Assembly: GCA_045600105.1 (NCBI GenBank)
Contig: JAZRXG010000005.1
Location: 25,939-89,938, forward strand
Direction of reading: 5' to 3'
Source: Eubacteriales bacterium
Lineage (GTDB): Bacteria; Bacillota; Clostridia; Oscillospirales; CAG-382
Length of the DNA: 64,000 bases
Within the stretch, counting starts at the first letter, position 1. Every line of letters starts with the position of its first letter. Shown here one piece after another: positions 20,354 through 29,091 of the stretch. A program made the translations under genes and the position numbers. The notes beneath the pieces are model-generated. The model was not told where the DNA came from, ran no database searches, and saw only the letters and a list, made by a program, of their open reading frames with translations.

Positions 20354-20797
20354 TTATAACTCCGAGCTGTCTATCACAAGTGTTACGGGGCCGTCGTTCT
20401 GCGCGTCGATGTGCATATGAGCACCGAAGATGCCCGATTCGACGTGCATAAAGGCGGAAAGCTCTTTTTTGAAGAGCTCGAAATAGCCGTTTGCCCGCTC
20501 TCCCGGGCACGCCATCATAAAGTCGGGACGGTTGCTGTGGCGTACTCTGCCGTAAAGTGTGAAGTTCGATATGCAGAGCGCCGAGCCGCCGACGTCGCTC
20601 GTCGATTTGTTTATTTTTCCGTTTTCATCGCGGAATATGCGGAGTCTGCCGATCTTGGACGCCACTTTCTTAACGTCTTCCTCGGTGTCGTCCTGATGGA
20701 ATCCGACGTAAAGCAGAAGTCCGACGCCGCATTTGCCGGTTATTTCGCCGTCCACTCTGCAGACCGCGCTGTCAACGCGGCATACTACTACTCTCAT
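20354..20797 (-). CDS. dtd: D-aminoacyl-tRNA deacylase
   Basis: 147 aa, MRVVVCRV...GLLLYVGF...NFTLYG, typical Dtd; directly downstream of relA as in many Firmicutes. Confidence 0.85.
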   Translation of the reverse strand: MRVVVCRVDSAVCRVDGEITGKCGVGLLLYVGFHQDDTEEDVKKVASKIGRLRIFRDENGKINKSTSDVGGSALCISNFTLYGRVRHSNRPDFMMACPGERANGYFELFKKELSAFMHVESGIFGAHMHIDAQNDGPVTLVIDSSEL

Positions 20798-23007
20798 GAT
20801 TTACCTCTTGCCACATCGCGCACGCCCTCGATCTTTTTGAGGGAGCGGATGATATTTTTAAGATGATCTATATTGCTGCATTTCAGAACGAGACGGATTA
20901 TGACGTCGTCGCCGTTTTCCCTGATGGAAAGCGAGTTGAGCGCCACCTTGAGATCGCTGAGCGACACGGTGATGTCCGCGACGATGCGCTGCGAATAAGC
21001 GGCGTACACGTTGACGCTCGCCTCGAAATCGCCGAATTCGCGTTTGCCGACGTCTTCCGCCCATGAAGCGACCACCCATCTGTCCTTATCTTCGGGATGT
21101 TTGAGTCCCGACGCGACGTTTTCGCAGTCGTATTTATGTATCGAAACGCCGTAGCCCTTGGTGATGAAGCCGATTATGCTGTCGCCCGGTACCGGATTGC
21201 AGCATTTTGCGAACTTGACCTCGCACCCCGACACGCTGTCGATGATGACCGACTGTGATTTGTCAGCCGACGGATGGCGTTCCGCCTTGTGCGCGAGCTT
21301 TTCCGCCGCCTTCTGCGCCGCTTCCTCGGGGGATACGGGGTTGACGACGCGGTCGAACTCGTCCTTGAACTTGGCGGAAAGCTTGCCGATGGCGATCCCG
21401 CCGTAGCCGATGTTGTTGTAAAGGTCGTCGGAGTCGGTCATCTTCATCCTCTCGGCGATGTTCTTTACTATCTCTTCCTTCTGCGCTTCGGTAAATGTCC
21501 TGCCGTAGCGTCTGAGCTCGCGGTCGACTTCGTATTTGCCGAGAAGGATGTTCTCGGACCTCATTTCTTTTTTGAAATACTGTCTTATCTTGTTGCGCGC
21601 TTCGCCCGAACGCACCATCTTGAGCCAGTCGCGGCTTGGTCCCTTCGAGGCGGACGACGTGAGTATCTCGACGATCTGTCCGTTCTGAAGCACGTAATCG
21701 ATGGGCACGATGCTGCCGTTGACCTTGGCGCCTATCATCGAGTTGCCGACCGCCGAATGGATGGCGTAGGCGAAGTCGATGGGGTTGGAGCCCGCGGGCA
21801 GCGACACTACGTCGCCGTTGGGCGTGAAAACGAAGGTCTCGTCGTCGAAAAAGTCTATCTTGAGCGGACGGAAGAATTCATCGGCGTCTTCGGGGTCTTT
21901 TTCGGTCTCGAGCAGGGTGCGTATCCATTTGAGCTTCTGATCTATCAGTTCTTTCGCCTGTTCGCCGCTCTTGTATTTCCAATGCGCGGCAAGGCCGTAT
22001 TCCGCGACCTCGTGCATTTCCTCGGTCCTTATCTGCACCTCGAACGGTATGCCGTCGTGACCGATGACGGTGGTGTGCAGCGAGCGGTACATATTCGCCT
22101 TCGGCGTTGAGATATAATCCTTGAATCTGCCGGGCATCGAGTTGAATTTTTCGTGTATGACGCCGAGCGTCGTATAGCACTCGAGCTCCGTGCTGACGAT
22201 TATCCTGATCGCGTAAAAGTCGTATATCTCGTCGAACGTCTTGTTCTGATTGAACATTTTGCGGTAAATGCTGTATATCGACTTGATTCGCCCTTCGAGG
22301 CGGTAATTTATGCCGAGCTCGTAAAGGCTGTCGCCGATGGTACGCTCCGCCTTCTGTATAAAGCTGTCGTTTGCCGAAAGGCGCGCCTGTATCGAACGGC
22401 TGATCTCGTCAAAGCCTATCGGGTCGAGATAATGGAGCGACAGGGTCTCGAGCTCCTGCTTTATCTTCTGGATACCGAGTCTGTGCGCGAGCGGCGCGTA
22501 GACGTGCATCGTTTCAAGCGCGACGGTACGCTGCTTTTCCTCGGAACGGTAGTTGAGCGTGCGCATATTGTGGAGTCTGTCCGCGAGCTTGATGAATATG
22601 ACGCGCAGGTCCTTCGACATGGCAAGGAACATCTTGCGCAGGTTTTCGATCGATTCGTCCTGCTTGGTCTCGAATCTGATCTCTTTCAGCTTGGTGACGC
22701 CGTCGACGAGCTCCGCGACCTCTTTGCCGAACTCTTTTTTGAGTATCTGTATGCTTGCGAGGTCACCGCAGTCCTCGACGGTATCGTGAAGGAGCGCCGC
22801 GCAGACCGAGTCGGTATCGAGCTGCAGGTCGGCGACTATCCCCGCGACCGCGATGGGATGGATTATGTAAGGCTCGCCCGAGCGGCGTTTCTGGTCGGCG
22901 TGGCACTTGTCGGCAAAGTCAAAGGCTTTTTTTATCTTGGCCAGATTATAGACCGCGGGCTTTTCGGAAAGCTGTTTATATAACGGTTCAAAAAGCTCCT
23001 CTGACAT
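20794..23007 (-). CDS. relA: Bifunctional (p)ppGpp synthetase/hydrolase RelA/SpoT (Rel)
   Basis: Track ORF trimmed to MSEELFEPLY (AAAGGAG RBS before 23007). HD domain (RSGEPYIIHPIAVA), synthetase, TGS and ACT regions are recognisable. Confidence 0.93.
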   Translation of the reverse strand: MSEELFEPLYKQLSEKPAVYNLAKIKKAFDFADKCHADQKRRSGEPYIIHPIAVAGIVADLQLDTDSVCAALLHDTVEDCGDLASIQILKKEFGKEVAELVDGVTKLKEIRFETKQDESIENLRKMFLAMSKDLRVIFIKLADRLHNMRTLNYRSEEKQRTVALETMHVYAPLAHRLGIQKIKQELETLSLHYLDPIGFDEISRSIQARLSANDSFIQKAERTIGDSLYELGINYRLEGRIKSIYSIYRKMFNQNKTFDEIYDFYAIRIIVSTELECYTTLGVIHEKFNSMPGRFKDYISTPKANMYRSLHTTVIGHDGIPFEVQIRTEEMHEVAEYGLAAHWKYKSGEQAKELIDQKLKWIRTLLETEKDPEDADEFFRPLKIDFFDDETFVFTPNGDVVSLPAGSNPIDFAYAIHSAVGNSMIGAKVNGSIVPIDYVLQNGQIVEILTSSASKGPSRDWLKMVRSGEARNKIRQYFKKEMRSENILLGKYEVDRELRRYGRTFTEAQKEEIVKNIAERMKMTDSDDLYNNIGYGGIAIGKLSAKFKDEFDRVVNPVSPEEAAQKAAEKLAHKAERHPSADKSQSVIIDSVSGCEVKFAKCCNPVPGDSIIGFITKGYGVSIHKYDCENVASGLKHPEDKDRWVVASWAEDVGKREFGDFEASVNVYAAYSQRIVADITVSLSDLKVALNSLSIRENGDDVIIRLVLKCSNIDHLKNIIRSLKKIEGVRDVARGKS

Positions 23008-23019
23008 TTTTACTCCTTT

Positions 23020-23205
23020 CGATATGGCGGTCGCAAAACAATGTTTTACGACCGTGTTACTCGCGCTTATCGCGCTTCGCTTCACTTCGTTTCGCTCGTT
23101 TGGTCGGCGCGAGGACGGGCTGAAAGCCCGTCTTGAAGGTGTTTTTGATTCGGCAAAGCCGAACCAAAAACGGATTTTTATTTATAAACGGATTTTATTT
23201 ATATA
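23020..23205 (-). repeat. Unclassified ~170-nt structured element, copy 1 (candidate leader RNA or REP-like repeat)
   Basis: About 80% identical to 43238..43410 when reverse-complemented, with four conserved hairpins and compensatory changes. It ends at the relA RBS. Confidence 0.7.
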
Positions 23206-23252
23206 TTGGTAAAACGGGGTTGAAACGAATTTTCGGCTTTTTATATATGCTG

Positions 23253-25343
23253 TCATTGTACGCGTTTTCTGACGCGTTTGAGTATCTCGCTGTTTTCGAG
23301 GTCGACCTTTGACGAATGCGGGAACAGCTTGATCTCGAGCAGATCGACGCCTCTGACGTGTATCGTGTCGGCAAGTCCGAACTCGGTCATGACGTCAAGC
23401 ACGGTCTTGATGGCGCAAAGGTCTATCTTGCGCTCCTCGACGGTCTCGAGACGGTGCATGAGATAGCGCACCGAAATGCGTTTTCTTTCGTCGCCGAGCT
23501 CGCGTTTGAGCGTGCGGAAGATCTCGCGGAAGTCGTTGATGGTGGGAACGCATCTGAACGGGATCGGTGAATCCGACTCCCTGTCGCATATCGATTCATA
23601 GACCGAACGCGAAAATTCTATTTCGTTCTTCTCGCTTTCGCAGGGACGTACCGCCTTGATGAGCAGCTGCGGATAAGTCATACCGCGGTATTCGTTGACG
23701 CCGAGCGTGCAGGCGATGTCGCACACGTTGCCGCGGCAGAACGGGAATTCGCAATGGCTCATGCCGAAATAAACGGCGTTTATCTCGCGCTTTCCGTTCG
23801 GGGCTTTTACGCGGAGTCTGATATGCTTGTCGCCCGATATCGAGGCGATCTCGCTTATGTACGCGTTGCGTATGATGAACTGCGGAACGGCGTTGGTAAG
23901 TCCGAACGGTTCGAGCATGAGTATCTCGGTCGCGTTTTCGGTGGTTATTTCGTCAAACATCAATTCGCAGTCGATCTCGACGGGCGGCAGGGTGTTTTTG
24001 TGCTCGAGCTGTTCTTTTGAAAGCTTTTCGAACCTTTCAATAAAATCGGGCAGGTTTTTGCGTTCAATCGAGAGTCCCGCTGCGAGCTCGTGTCCGCCGT
24101 ATTCGACGAGCAGGTCCTTGCAGCTGCCGAGAAGCTCGGTGAGGCTGAGCCCCTTGACGGAGCGTCCGCTTCCCTTGCCGAGGTCGCCGTCAAACGAGAA
24201 AAGTATGGCGGGCAGCGCGTATTTCTCGGAAATTTTGCTTGCCACCACCCCGATGACGCCCTGATGCCAGTCGTCCGAGCAGAGGATATAGCTGTATCTG
24301 TCACCGCGGAAAGCGCCTATCTGCTTGGTCGCTTCCTCGAAAATGAGCTGCTCGGTATTCTGACGTTTTTTGTTTATCTCGCAGAGCTCACGCGCGAGGT
24401 AATCCGCCCTGGCGTAGTCGGTCTCGAGCAGAAGGTCGAGCGATTTGCGTGCCGACGCGATGCGTCCGGCGGCGTTGAGACGCGGCGCGAGAACGTAGCC
24501 GACGGTGGAAGTATAAACCTTTTTTCTGCCGTTTTCGTCGGTGACGCCCGTGTTGTCCATGAGTGCCTGAAGTCCCACACGGTCGGTGGTCTCGAGCTTT
24601 TTAAGTCCTATATCGACGATAAGTCTGTTTTCGTCGCATATCGGCATGACGTCAGCGACCGTGCCTATGGCAACGAGGTCGGCGTATTCCGAAATTATCT
24701 TATCAACGTCGCCTTCGAGGGCGCAGATGAGCTTGAACACCACGCCGACTCCGGCGAGCTGCTTGAACGGATAACCGCAGTCCGGACGGTGCGGGTTGAC
24801 GACCGCGCAGGCGTCGGGCAGCTCGTCGCGGCAGTTATGGTGGTCGGTTACGACGACGTCAACGCCTATCGTTTTGGCAAAAGCTATTTCGTCGATGGCG
24901 GTGATGCCCGTGTCGACGGTGATTATGAGGTCGGTGTCCTTCGCGATCTCTTCGATGGACGCCTTATTGAGGCCGTAGCCTTCGGAAAGACGCTCGGGTA
25001 TGAAGCATCTGCATTTTGCTCCGACAGACGTGAGATAGAGATAGAGCGCGGTCGTCGAAGTGACGCCGTCAACGTCGTAGTCACCGTAAATACATATAGT
25101 CTGACCTTTTTCGACGGCTTCTCTTATCCTCGCGCACGCCTTGTCCATATCCTTGAGCAAAAACGGGTCTCCGAACGTGATGTCCGCCTTGTCAAGGAAA
25201 CGTTTTGCGCTTTCCGGGGTATCGTATCCTCTCGAAACAAGTATTCTCGCGGTAAGCCTGCCGATGCCGAGTGACAGCGCAAGCTGTTCCTCTTTTGATT
25301 TGTCAACCTGGGAAACGACCCAGTTCTCTGCCGGCATACGCAC
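23253..25343 (-). CDS. recJ: Single-stranded-DNA-specific exonuclease RecJ
   Basis: 696 aa, DHH motifs (DYDVDGVTS; DHH), DHHA1 GGHELAAG. Confidence 0.92.
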   Translation of the reverse strand: MRMPAENWVVSQVDKSKEEQLALSLGIGRLTARILVSRGYDTPESAKRFLDKADITFGDPFLLKDMDKACARIREAVEKGQTICIYGDYDVDGVTSTTALYLYLTSVGAKCRCFIPERLSEGYGLNKASIEEIAKDTDLIITVDTGITAIDEIAFAKTIGVDVVVTDHHNCRDELPDACAVVNPHRPDCGYPFKQLAGVGVVFKLICALEGDVDKIISEYADLVAIGTVADVMPICDENRLIVDIGLKKLETTDRVGLQALMDNTGVTDENGRKKVYTSTVGYVLAPRLNAAGRIASARKSLDLLLETDYARADYLARELCEINKKRQNTEQLIFEEATKQIGAFRGDRYSYILCSDDWHQGVIGVVASKISEKYALPAILFSFDGDLGKGSGRSVKGLSLTELLGSCKDLLVEYGGHELAAGLSIERKNLPDFIERFEKLSKEQLEHKNTLPPVEIDCELMFDEITTENATEILMLEPFGLTNAVPQFIIRNAYISEIASISGDKHIRLRVKAPNGKREINAVYFGMSHCEFPFCRGNVCDIACTLGVNEYRGMTYPQLLIKAVRPCESEKNEIEFSRSVYESICDRESDSPIPFRCVPTINDFREIFRTLKRELGDERKRISVRYLMHRLETVEERKIDLCAIKTVLDVMTEFGLADTIHVRGVDLLEIKLFPHSSKVDLENSEILKRVRKRVQ

Positions 25344-25378
25344 ACCCCTTTCTGATAAATAATCATTAAATTTCTTTT

Positions 25379-26653
25379 TTAATATACGAATATCGCGACG
25401 CTGTAATCTCCGCTCGGGAACACGCCCGTGATCCCATCCGCAAATATCAGATCGAGCGGAACGGTGTAGTCGCAGTTTTTGGTAAATTCAAGGTCTTTCA
25501 GGTCCGCCACCGCTCTGAACGACGAAGACGTCAGCGTGTTCAGCGTATCCTTGGGGCCGCAGAGCCATATATTCATGTTCGCCGTCGTGACGGTTATCGT
25601 GAATCCTTCGGGCGCGTTGACGAACTCGCACACCTCGGAGGCGTTGATGGGAAAGCGGCGCTTGACGACGTCGTTGAATATTATCGTCGCCCTGACGGTG
25701 AGGTCGTCGTCAACGGCTTCCAGTCCCGCGGGCAGCGTTATCTTCTTTTCGATCGTCTCGGTGGTCAGCGTGTTTTCGGCGATGTTTATCTTGATCTCGT
25801 CAAGGCTGTCGACGTCTTCGACAGAGCCGCGCACCGTGATATATTCCTTCGACAGCGTTATGCTTGCCGATTCGGTGCTGAAGTATCCGCCAACGAAATA
25901 GACTTTTATGGGAATGTCGGCGGTCTTGTATACGGGGACCTCGACGTTGACCGACGTATCGACGAGGCGGATATAACTGTTATTGACTGGAGCGCCGCCC
26001 TCGTTGTAAAGCGAAACGGGGACGTTGAATTTTGCCGAATTGACGATCTTGCCGGGTTTGACCACGCCGTAAGCGTAGGAGATCTTCGATATCTCGGCTT
26101 CGGGTCCCTGCACCGTAACGGTCACGGGAGCAGTCGTGAAATCGCCTATCGAATATCCGTCGGACAGCGAATAATCGCTGATATCTATGCGCACGGGTAT
26201 CTCCGCCGTGACTGTTCTGTCGATGTAAACGACCGCGTTGTCAACGCTCAGCGACTTGACCGAAAGGTTGTTTTCGTCGGGAAGCACCACCTGTATCGGC
26301 AGCGTGTTCTTTCCCGGTTCGGTAACTTCGGAAACGTCGACGAAAGAAATTATATCGCTGTCACGCAGTTTGTTGACCACGCTCTGCGGACCGGAAACGA
26401 CCACCTTGACGGATATTCCCGTATCCGAAAGGATGGTGAGCCCCTGATTTTCGGAAAGAACGCTTTCGCCCTCTATCTTTACGCTCACGGTAAATTCTTT
26501 CTGATAGTTCGGCGAATCGTAGCCGAGGACGTAAAACCACAGAAGCAGTGCCGAAATAAACGCGAATATCAGAGCGAGAAAAGCGTGGCTCTTTTTCTCG
26601 GTCGTCTTTTTTTCGTAAATAAGTTCACTCATCAAAGCCACCGTTCCCCTCAT
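25379..26653 (-). CDS. cdaR: YbbR-domain protein CdaR (regulator of diadenylate cyclase)
   Basis: 424 aa with an N-terminal TM and repeated YbbR-like beta-rich domains, directly after cdaA. The alternative start ATG 26632 would remove the overlap with cdaA. Confidence 0.8.
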   Translation of the reverse strand: MRGTVALMSELIYEKKTTEKKSHAFLALIFAFISALLLWFYVLGYDSPNYQKEFTVSVKIEGESVLSENQGLTILSDTGISVKVVVSGPQSVVNKLRDSDIISFVDVSEVTEPGKNTLPIQVVLPDENNLSVKSLSVDNAVVYIDRTVTAEIPVRIDISDYSLSDGYSIGDFTTAPVTVTVQGPEAEISKISYAYGVVKPGKIVNSAKFNVPVSLYNEGGAPVNNSYIRLVDTSVNVEVPVYKTADIPIKVYFVGGYFSTESASITLSKEYITVRGSVEDVDSLDEIKINIAENTLTTETIEKKITLPAGLEAVDDDLTVRATIIFNDVVKRRFPINASEVCEFVNAPEGFTITVTTANMNIWLCGPKDTLNTLTSSSFRAVADLKDLEFTKNCDYTVPLDLIFADGITGVFPSGDYSVAIFVY

Positions 26654-27494
26654 CGTCGTCGTTTTCCTTGCCGAGGAAGCCGCCCTTGTTCTTCTTTTTG
26701 ACGTAAGGCTCGATCAGAAGCTCGTTCAGGTACCTTTCGAGTTCTTCACCGGTGAATCCGCGCTTGAGCTCGCCGTTTATCGCAACGCTGACCGTGCCGG
26801 TCTCCTCGCTGACGATGATGACGGTGGCGTCGCTGTTTTCGGAAATGCCGATGCCCGCTCTGTGACGGGTGCCGAGGTCCTTGATTATTTCGGGATTGGT
26901 CGAAAGCGGCAGGAAGCAGCCCGCGGCGTAAAGACGCATACCGCGCACCACCGCGGCGCCGTCATGCAGCGGCGCTTTGTTGAAGAATATGTTGCCGAGC
27001 AGGAATGACGTTATCTCGGCGTCCACTATCGTGCCCGTCTTTATGACGTCGCCGAGCTTGGTCGTGCCCTCGATGACTATGAGGGCGCCCGTTTTGCTTT
27101 CGGAAAGTCTTTCGACACCTGCCGAAAGCTCGCTTATCGCGATCCTGTATTTTGCCGCAGTCGACTGGTCGAGCTTGCTTCTGAAGCCCTTGAGCGGTTC
27201 GCCGCCCATTTTTTCGAGCATGCTGCGGAGCTCGGGCTGAAAAACGATGAGGATGGCGATAAGACCGACGTTCACCACGTTTTTAAGGATGAAATACGTC
27301 GCCCTCATGTTCGCGAGTTCGCTTATGAAAAGCACCACGAGCAGCACGATGACACCGATGGCGAGTTTTCCCGCTCTGCGTTCACGGACGAATCTGAACA
27401 GGAAATAAAACATCAGCGTCACGATGATTATATCGAAAATATCCGCGATCCCCACGGATCCGAGCTGATTCCAAATATACTTAAAATCTATCAT
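26625..27494 (-). CDS. cdaA: Diadenylate cyclase CdaA
   Basis: 289 aa with three N-terminal TM helices and a DAC domain (DGAAVV, RHRAGIG). Confidence 0.9.
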   Translation of the reverse strand: MIDFKYIWNQLGSVGIADIFDIIIVTLMFYFLFRFVRERRAGKLAIGVIVLLVVLFISELANMRATYFILKNVVNVGLIAILIVFQPELRSMLEKMGGEPLKGFRSKLDQSTAAKYRIAISELSAGVERLSESKTGALIVIEGTTKLGDVIKTGTIVDAEITSFLLGNIFFNKAPLHDGAAVVRGMRLYAAGCFLPLSTNPEIIKDLGTRHRAGIGISENSDATVIIVSEETGTVSVAINGELKRGFTGEELERYLNELLIEPYVKKKNKGGFLGKENDDDEGNGGFDE

Positions 27495-27546
27495 CCGAAA
27501 AAGTCTGCCTCCTCACGATCATTTCCGTCCCCGACGGAGACGCGTT

Positions 27547-28143
27547 TTATCTTTTGAAAAACGCTTTTATGAATTTGCTGACCGCTTTCCCGCGGTGGCT
27601 GACGCCGTTCTTTTCGTCCGGCGTCATTTCGGCAAAGGTCTTGCCGAACGACGGACAGAGAAACACGGGATCGTAGCCGAAATCGCCGTCTCCCCTCGGT
27701 CCTCTCGTTATATATCCGTCACATTTTTCCTCGACGGTAAAGCTTCTGCCGTCGGGATAGACGCAGCATATCGCGCACGCGAAATACGCGCTTCTTCTTT
27801 CGTCCTCGACGTCCTTCAGTTCTTCAAGCAGCACCGCTATCTTGATGTCGTAGCCGACGTCGCCCGCGTAGCGTGCCGAATAGACGCCGGGCCTTCCGCC
27901 GAGAGCGTCCACGCAAAGCCCCGAGTCGTCGGCGATGGTGACGCATCCCGTCTTTTCGCACACGGTCTTTGCCTTGATGAAGGCGTTTTCGGCAAAGGTT
28001 TTGCCGTTTTCTTCTATTTCGCCGTCGAATCCCGCTTCTCTCATCGAAACAAGGCGGTATTCGTCACCCGTAAAGGGCAAGAGCAGTTCGCGCATTTCGG
28101 CGACCTTATGTCTGTTCCCCGTCGCCATTACGATAGTCGTCAT
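27547..28143 (-). CDS. rdgB: dITP/XTP pyrophosphatase (RdgB/HAM1 family)
   Basis: 198 aa, ATGNRHKVAE and FGYDPVF motifs. Confidence 0.88.
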   Translation of the reverse strand: MTTIVMATGNRHKVAEMRELLLPFTGDEYRLVSMREAGFDGEIEENGKTFAENAFIKAKTVCEKTGCVTIADDSGLCVDALGGRPGVYSARYAGDVGYDIKIAVLLEELKDVEDERRSAYFACAICCVYPDGRSFTVEEKCDGYITRGPRGDGDFGYDPVFLCPSFGKTFAEMTPDEKNGVSHRGKAVSKFIKAFFKR

Positions 28144-28162
28144 AAAAATTCCCCTTCGGTCT

Positions 28163-29068
28163 TCAGTCCTCGAACATCGCGTTGACGAAGTCGCGTCCCG
28201 AGAACGGCTGCAGGTCTTCCTGTCCCTCGCCGACGCCGATCAGCTTGACGGGGATGGAGGACATCTGTCTTATGGCAAGCACGATGCCGCCCTTGGCTGT
28301 TCCGTCGAGCTTGGTGAGCACGATTCCCGTGACGTTGGTGACTTTGGTGAATTCAGCCGCCTGTGAAAGACCGTTCTGACCGGTGACCGCGTCAAGAACG
28401 AGGAGCGTTTCGCAGTTCGCCTCGGGAAATTCGCGGCTGATGACGCGTTTTATCTTGGCGAGTTCGTCGATAAGGTTCTTTTTGTTGTGGAGCCTGCCCG
28501 CGGTATCGACGATGAGCACGTCGGAGTTCTGCTTTTTGGCTGCGGCGCAGGCGTCGAACACGACTGCCGCGGGGTCCGCGCCCTCGGACTGGCTTATCAT
28601 GGGCACTCCGGCTCTGGTCGCCCAGATACCGAGCTGCTCGATGGCGGCGGCTCTGAACGTGTCCGCTCCGCAGAGCATGACTTTTTTGCCCTGTCTCTTG
28701 AGCATCAGCGCGATCTTGCCGATAGACGTCGTTTTGCCGACGCCGTTGACGCCGACGACGAGGATGACGGTCTTGCCTCCGACGTTCAGCGGAACGTCTT
28801 CGCCTATCATTTCGTAAAGTATCTCACGGAAGACCTCGCGCGCTTCGGCGGTCTTCTTTATCTTTCTTTCCTTCAGGCGTTCCTTGAGCGTTTCGGTTAT
28901 GGTCTCGGACGCTTCGACGCCCACGTCAGCGGAAATGAGCAGGTCGAACAGCTCCTCGAAAAAGTCGTCGTCCACGTTTTCGGAAGACGAAAACAGCGAG
29001 TTTATGGGTTTGATGAGTATGTCCTTGGTCTTTTTGAGACCGTTTTTGAGTTTTTCGAAAAATCCCAT
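28163..29068 (-). CDS. ftsY: Signal recognition particle receptor FtsY
   Basis: 301 aa, NG domain [14 protein letters not shown], upstream neighbour smc. Confidence 0.93.
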   Translation of the reverse strand: MGFFEKLKNGLKKTKDILIKPINSLFSSSENVDDDFFEELFDLLISADVGVEASETITETLKERLKERKIKKTAEAREVFREILYEMIGEDVPLNVGGKTVILVVGVNGVGKTTSIGKIALMLKRQGKKVMLCGADTFRAAAIEQLGIWATRAGVPMISQSEGADPAAVVFDACAAAKKQNSDVLIVDTAGRLHNKKNLIDELAKIKRVISREFPEANCETLLVLDAVTGQNGLSQAAEFTKVTNVTGIVLTKLDGTAKGGIVLAIRQMSSIPVKLIGVGEGQEDLQPFSGRDFVNAMFED

Positions 29069-29091
29069 TATTTATATTACCTCTGCGTGAT

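Noticed and set aside
23024-23212. Short ORFs crossing the ~170-nt repeated element (23024..23212 +, 43072..43482 -, 43083..43346 -), whose translations are partly similar (..RF..F.SF.R.ED...ARL.GVF..AKP.QKRI..)
   Set aside because: Differences between the two copies fall as paired, stem-preserving changes rather than synonymous changes. The ORFs lack RBSs and run antisense to the flanking transcription. Structural conservation explains the similarity better than coding does, although a tiny peptide cannot be fully excluded.
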